Source: an uncultured bacterium
Lineage (GTDB): Bacteria; Zixibacteria; MSB-5A5; UBA10806
Length of the DNA: 64,000 nucleotides
Direction: 5' to 3'
Assembly: GCA_965541585.1 (NCBI GenBank)
Contig: CBEUCH010000001.1
Location: 32,001-96,000, forward strand
The notes below the pieces were generated by a model, which saw only the letters and a list, made by a program, of their open reading frames with translations, was not told where the DNA came from and did not search any database. Made by a program: the position numbers and the translations under genes. Of the stretch, positions 59,064 through 64,000 are shown in pieces. Numbering within the stretch: position 1 is the first letter of the stretch; every line of letters starts with the position of its first letter.

Positions 59064-60428
59064 TTGAGCGGTACTTTAGATATAACTCTTCTGGGGCTGT
59101 ATCTCGTCTTTCTTCTGGTCATCGGTTTTCGCCAACTGGCGGGCGGCAAGAAAGGTGTTGACGAATACCTGGTCATGGGGCGACGGCTGGCCCTGCCGGG
59201 ATTCGTAGCCAGCCTCGTCTCATCATGGTACGGCGGGATATTAGGGGTCGGCGAATATTCATACAAGCACGGGCTCTCCAACTGGGTTGTCTTCGGGCTT
59301 CCATATTATATAGGGGCATTTCTTTTCGCCATGTTTCTGGCAAAAAGGGCACGCAAGACGAAGCTTCTCACCATACCCGATCAACTTGAAAAGGCCTATG
59401 ACCGGAAAACATCGCTGGCCGGGGCGTTGCTGGTTTTCATAACCACGCTCCCGGCAGCCTATGTTCTGCAGTTGGGATTTCTGACGGAGACCGTCCTGGG
59501 TGTACCACTGGTCTACGGGGTGATCGGCGGCACTTTGTTTTCGGTATTCTATATATTCGCGGGAGGTCTGCGCGGCGATGTTATAACGGATCGAGCACAG
59601 TTCATCCTGATGTTTTCCGGTTTTGCGATAATGCTGGTATACCTGTTCGTTAATTTTGGAGGTATGTCATTTATATCGGATAACGTTCCTGCGAGTCACC
59701 TGACATTAACGGGCGGGAGGCCGAAAGCGTATATCCTGGTCTGGTATTTTATCGCCCTGGGAACTCTGGTTGATCCGGCGTTTTATCAACGATGTTTCGC
59801 GGCCAAATCGGAAGCGGTGGCGCGACGAGGCATATTCATAGCCATTGCCTTCTGGGCCTTCTTCGATTTCATGACGACATCGACCGGGCTGTATGCGCGG
59901 GCTCTTATGCCGGACTTAGTCGATCCGGCAAAATCGTATCCGATGCTGGCATCGCAGGTCCTCCCGGACGCATTACGGGCCATATTCATGCTGGGGCTGT
60001 TTGCCACCGTCATGTCCACCATAGATTCGTTCACCCTAATTGCCGGACAGACGCTTGGTAAAGACTTCCTGCATAAGATATGGGGTGGCGATGTAAAAAA
60101 GCTGACGAGATGGGGCCTGGTGGTGGCTGGAGGGATTGCGATTCTTATTGCCATATACAAACGCTCCGTGGTCGATATATGGTATGACCTGGGGAGTATC
60201 TCTACGGGATCGCTGCTTATCCCGCTGGCAACGTCATTCAGTCAACGATGGAGAATGCGGCAGAATTTCGCCTTTTTGGCGGTTGTAGCGGGAGGGATGG
60301 CGGTCATTATATGGATGGCCTTGGGTTATTTGACCGGTCAGGAACGCTTTTTGGGCTTTGATACGATATATCCGGGATTGGCGTGCTCGGTGATTGTGTT
60401 TGTGATTGACAGGATGGGGAGGAAGTAA
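59064..60428 (+). CDS. Sodium:solute symporter family protein, probable thiamine or precursor transporter
   Basis: YLVMGRRL, GGLRGDVITD..Q, YQRCFAAKS, ATVMSTIDS; about 13 TMs; co-operonic with the TPP-controlled receptor. Confidence 0.9.
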   Translation: MSGTLDITLLGLYLVFLLVIGFRQLAGGKKGVDEYLVMGRRLALPGFVASLVSSWYGGILGVGEYSYKHGLSNWVVFGLPYYIGAFLFAMFLAKRARKTKLLTIPDQLEKAYDRKTSLAGALLVFITTLPAAYVLQLGFLTETVLGVPLVYGVIGGTLFSVFYIFAGGLRGDVITDRAQFILMFSGFAIMLVYLFVNFGGMSFISDNVPASHLTLTGGRPKAYILVWYFIALGTLVDPAFYQRCFAAKSEAVARRGIFIAIAFWAFFDFMTTSTGLYARALMPDLVDPAKSYPMLASQVLPDALRAIFMLGLFATVMSTIDSFTLIAGQTLGKDFLHKIWGGDVKKLTRWGLVVAGGIAILIAIYKRSVVDIWYDLGSISTGSLLIPLATSFSQRWRMRQNFAFLAVVAGGMAVIIWMALGYLTGQERFLGFDTIYPGLACSVIVFVIDRMGRK

Positions 60429-60435
60429 ATTTCAT

Positions 60436-60478
60436 TGTCGGGTTTCTTATCCCTTCGGGACCGCGGAACCCGACATAC
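60436..60478. repeat. REP-like hairpin
   Basis: TGTCGGGTTTC..TCCC..GGGA..GAACCCGACA-TAC, similar to the element at 45884-45926. Confidence 0.55.
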
Positions 60479-60485
60479 AAGACTT

Positions 60486-61262
60486 TTAATCACTCGATAG
60501 TTTCTTTTCAATTAATGAAAGTACCTCATTTACATCATCCGCGTCCAAGAGGATATTGTGAGCAAGCCGCTCTATCTCCTTTTTGGTCCCTGAGTCCACT
60601 TTACCTAAATATACCAGTTTATCAATGAGTGCATCACGACTCCTGAATAGATAACTCTGTCTAAAAAACTCTCTTCTTGTTTCATTGCCCTCCGTGATTT
60701 CTCTCATAATTTCTTTATAGACAGGATCATCTTTAGAGCCTCCCCAATCAATTAGCCGCGCTGGAGGGAGGGCGGACATATCAGGCAGCGTATCAGGGAG
60801 ATTGTAAGACATAATCTGTTTTAATCCATTCATGCAGATTTCGGCAATCTCGATTCTCAAGTTTGTATTGGCGACAACATATGAATCTTCACCATAATAT
60901 TTTCCGATAGCACTAGCCCAAGTGGAATACATTCGAATGGTCATCCTATCCGCGAGGGGATAACGCAATGCCAACTCACAATAAGAAGCTGTTTTTTTCG
61001 GGTGCGTAAGCCCATTCTGTCCAAGAATCCAGGCGATTTCCGCATAAACCAGGCCGCTGTCCTCGGCGCTACTGACATTACTCAACAGGTCAAGACACTC
61101 TTGTTCAAGTCCTTGCGTATCGGTTTGCGGATCGGCGCGTTTTTGAAATATTTGAGCCAATTTGTGCGAAAGATCCGTTGTCGTGTCGGCCCGGAGTGAA
61201 CCTGTCGCTATCATAAGATAGAAGGCGGAAAACACTCCTATTATCAAACGATATTTCATCAT
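60486..61262 (-). CDS. Secreted hypothetical protein, helical
   Basis: 258-aa ORF with signal peptide and SD AAAGGAG; no family recognised. Confidence 0.7.
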   Translation of the reverse strand: MMKYRLIIGVFSAFYLMIATGSLRADTTTDLSHKLAQIFQKRADPQTDTQGLEQECLDLLSNVSSAEDSGLVYAEIAWILGQNGLTHPKKTASYCELALRYPLADRMTIRMYSTWASAIGKYYGEDSYVVANTNLRIEIAEICMNGLKQIMSYNLPDTLPDMSALPPARLIDWGGSKDDPVYKEIMREITEGNETRREFFRQSYLFRSRDALIDKLVYLGKVDSGTKKEIERLAHNILLDADDVNEVLSLIEKKLSSD

Positions 61263-61375
61263 GATCTCCTTTCATGAGATAAAATGAATTCGGTAATATC
61301 AAGCCATATCATCCCCATGGTCCTTGCCATTCCCCTAAACTAGTGTTTGAAGCATCTAACCTCATGCGTACAGCG

Positions 61376-62029
61376 ACTGGGTGGCATGCTTTAACCGAAC
61401 GTTTAAGCATGCTATGTTAGAAGATCCAATGCATCGTCATCCATTTTCAAAGGATAATTGTCCGAACCGGAGTAATATCCGAGGCTGGACCAATGCCATT
61501 CATCAGGTATATTCACAAGCCCTCTCCTGACAGGATTGGCATGTATATACTGGATAGCATTCATTACGGCTGATCTGGAAACCAGATTTCTATCGTATCC
61601 TCCTCCTCTTTGCCAGAATCTATAAATAGTAATGCCTGATGAGCTCTTGCGGGACATTCGCGCCAATATTCTATGATTTTTTTTCTTGACGAAGTTTATG
61701 AACCTCCTACTAACTGGTAGTTTTATTCCGGCCAGAATTTTGCTGATGCTGTATTGCTCCTTCTCCGGAAAGATCAACGTATGTACATGGTCTGGCATGA
61801 TTACATAGGCCAATATCTTAAAACAATGTTTTAACCTGGCTTTTTCAAGCCCGTCAGTCAAAAATGTGCAGGCCACCTCGGATTCAAAAAAGTCCTGATT
61901 TCTGAAGCAGGAGAATGTCAGTTCATGGACATGGCCCGGTTCGTCGAAATGAATGATTTTCTTGAACTTCATAGTGAGCAATATCCATGCTTACCCCGAC
62001 ATGAGGTCGGGGTAAGCATGCCACCCAGT
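61376..62029. mobile_element. RAYT/IS200-like element bounded by inverted REP-like hairpins
   Basis: 16-bp inverted termini ACTGGGTGGCATGCTT/AAGCATGCCACCCAGT; each end also forms its own hairpin. Confidence 0.75.
61412..61972 (-). CDS. REP-associated tyrosine (HUH, Y1) transposase
   Basis: PGHVHELTFSC, YVIMPDHVH (HUH), FWQRGGGYDRN, YIHANPVRRGLV...W.WSS; alternative TTG start at 61981. Confidence 0.92.
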   Translation of the reverse strand: MKFKKIIHFDEPGHVHELTFSCFRNQDFFESEVACTFLTDGLEKARLKHCFKILAYVIMPDHVHTLIFPEKEQYSISKILAGIKLPVSRRFINFVKKKNHRILARMSRKSSSGITIYRFWQRGGGYDRNLVSRSAVMNAIQYIHANPVRRGLVNIPDEWHWSSLGYYSGSDNYPLKMDDDALDLLT

Positions 62030-62063
62030 AAAAGCATATGAATGCCGCATAATCACCTAATCT

Positions 62064-63371
62064 TTATTTCCCCCGCCCCTCTTTCATCCTCTCAATCCAC
62101 CACTCAAGCTTCTCTTTTAATTTGGCTTCCAGGCCGCGGTCGGTGGGGAAATAGAAGCGTGAGCCGATAAGCTCCTCCGGCAGGCATTCCATGTAAGCGA
62201 AAGCGTCCTCGGATTGGTGGGCGTACCTGTAACCCTCGCCGTAGCCCCAAGCCTTCATATGCGACGTGGGAGCGTTTCTTATCTGCATGGGAACCTGGTA
62301 AGCCGGTTTGTCTTTCACCGTTTCCTGTGTTTTGCCCAGCGCCATGTAGGCGGCGTTGGATTTCGGAGCCAGGGATAGATATATCACAGCCTGTGCGATG
62401 GCCAACTCACCTTCGGGAGAGCCAAGGAAATGATAGGCGTCCTTAGCCGCCAGCGAGATCTGCAACGCTCTGGGATCGGCCAGGCCGATATCCTCCACTG
62501 CGCAGCGCACCAGCCGCCGAACTATATAAAGCGGGTCCTCGCCGGAATCGAGCATTCGGGTCAGCCAGTACAAAGCGGCATCGACATCGGAGGCCCGAAG
62601 CGATTTGTGCAGAGCGGAGATGAGATTGAAATGCTCCTCTCCGGCTTTATCGTAGAGAATTGCCTTCTTCTGGGCGGCCTCGGTAACGAGATCGAGCGTG
62701 ATTTTTTTGCCACCCGATTTCTGCACGGTTTCGGCGCAGAATTCCAGCAGGTTCAGGACACGGCGGGCATCGCCGCCGGATAATTGAATAATCTGATCTA
62801 TGGCATCATCCGAAACCGAAAGGTCTATTTCGCCGAGACCTCGATCCTTGTTTTGCATGGCTCGTACGATAATAGACTTCAAATTATCGATTGAAAGCGG
62901 CTCCAGCATGTAGACGCGGCATCGGGAAAGCAAAGGGCCGATCACCTCGAAGGACGGGTTTTCCGTGGTGGCGCCGATGAGCCTGATAGTACCGTGCTCC
63001 ACGTGGGGCAGGAAGGCGTCCTGCTGGGCTTTATTGAAGCGGTGGATTTCATCGATGAATAATATCATTCCTTTCTGGCCGTAACCTATGGCCTCGGCGA
63101 TTATCCGCTTTATCTGCTTTATGCCCGATGTTACCGCGGAGAACGGCACGTACCGCGCTTCCGATTTATTGGCAATGATCTGAGCAATCGTGGTCTTGCC
63201 GCTGCCCGGCGGACCCCAGAGAATTATAGAGCCAACACGATCCTCATCGATGGCCCGGCGCAACGGGCTGTCGGCACCGAGGATCTTCTCCTGGCCAACG
63301 AACTCATCTAACGATGCGGGACGCATCCTATCAGCCAATGGAGGAGTCGTTTCATTCTGGAATAACTCCAT
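62064..63371 (-). CDS. rarA: Replication-associated recombination protein A
   Basis: [58 protein letters not shown]. Confidence 0.96.
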   Translation of the reverse strand: MELFQNETTPPLADRMRPASLDEFVGQEKILGADSPLRRAIDEDRVGSIILWGPPGSGKTTIAQIIANKSEARYVPFSAVTSGIKQIKRIIAEAIGYGQKGMILFIDEIHRFNKAQQDAFLPHVEHGTIRLIGATTENPSFEVIGPLLSRCRVYMLEPLSIDNLKSIIVRAMQNKDRGLGEIDLSVSDDAIDQIIQLSGGDARRVLNLLEFCAETVQKSGGKKITLDLVTEAAQKKAILYDKAGEEHFNLISALHKSLRASDVDAALYWLTRMLDSGEDPLYIVRRLVRCAVEDIGLADPRALQISLAAKDAYHFLGSPEGELAIAQAVIYLSLAPKSNAAYMALGKTQETVKDKPAYQVPMQIRNAPTSHMKAWGYGEGYRYAHQSEDAFAYMECLPEELIGSRFYFPTDRGLEAKLKEKLEWWIERMKEGRGK

Positions 63372-63515
63372 GTATGCAAAATAGCGGCACCGGTTTCACC
63401 TGTCAACAAAGATCCGTTGCCTACTGAAACTGTCTTTCAATTCTGCATAGAGCAGTTTGCGTGAATAGGATCTGAAGCCGATAGCCAGCAGGTAAGTTAA
63501 AACGAGAGCCGCTTT

Positions 63516-64000
63516 ATGTTAACATGGGGGGGATATTTGTCGGCCGCTCGTAAGCTGACTCTGGCATCGGTCATATCAGTACTCGTGAGTCTGCCCTTCG
63601 ATATCGTTCTGGCTGTGGGGCCCACGAATTCAGTGATGACAGCAGGCTCATACAATGATGTCGTCGGTTATGAGGATGGTTTCATTGCTGCAAATCGCTG
63701 GGGACTGGAGCTGTTTGAGATAGATTCCGGGGGAGGTCTGATCTCGACATCGAGGATTTTCACGTCGGGACGGGCTGAATTTGTCGATAGTGAAGATGAT
63801 CTGGTTGTCGCTAGTAACCTGGACGGTTCCGTCGAGATCTTTCGAATGAATGGCAGAAGGTTCGAGCGCATAGTACACCTGGATCTGACATTCCACCCCG
63901 TGGGAGTGAAGATCGTCGGCGATTATCTTTATATAGGGGGACTGGAAACGGCGATAACAGTATACGACATCTCGAATCCGTATATGCCCGAATTGGTCTC
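63516..64000 (+). CDS. Secreted LVIVD-repeat beta-propeller protein, runs off the window edge
   Basis: Manual translation: open frame to the window end, hydrophobic leader, VKIVGDYLYIG...ITVYDISNPYMP. Confidence 0.7.
   Translation, partial: MLTWGGYLSAARKLTLASVISVLVSLPFDIVLAVGPTNSVMTAGSYNDVVGYEDGFIAANRWGLELFEIDSGGGLISTSRIFTSGRAEFVDSEDDLVVASNLDGSVEIFRMNGRRFERIVHLDLTFHPVGVKIVGDYLYIGGLETAITVYDISNPYMPELV

Overview
Gene-dense, moderate-GC bacterial chromosome segment with about 48 CDS. I could not identify any rRNA, tRNA or CRISPR array. The FlgD/T9SS-type C-terminal sorting domain, PorV-like barrel and short RpoD suggest an FCB-superphylum organism, possibly Zixibacteria-like (inference). Contents: housekeeping and envelope genes (UbiA-family prenyltransferase, GNAT, M23 peptidase, CDF transporter, three HtrA paralogs, RlmD, HIT, TrkAH, RpoD-family sigma, PadR, ECF sigma operon, RarA); a ~20 kb surface-polysaccharide locus (15-35 kb); two large secreted proteases; a TPP riboswitch controlling a TonB-dependent receptor plus sodium:solute symporter; and a REP-associated tyrosine transposase with flanking hairpins. 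The most unusual signal is a concentration of full-length proteins that have specifically lost catalytic residues between 8.7 and 32.2 kb. These are a tandem-HTH::LeuC-like fusion that keeps its three Fe-S cysteines, with a LeuD-like partner lacking the catalytic Ser (candidate aconitase-fold Fe-S-sensing DNA-binding regulator); a metal-ligand-less SbcD/YhaO paired with an ATPase that keeps Walker A/B; a HisC-like protein lacking the PLP lysine; a PaaK/CapK-like protein lacking the P-loop; and an Asp-less receiver fused to a non-catalytic WcaJ-like membrane domain. Two small basic ORFs below the ORF-track cutoff and several alternative-sigma promoter motifs were also read from the sequence. 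All family calls come from motif recognition by eye, with no database search.
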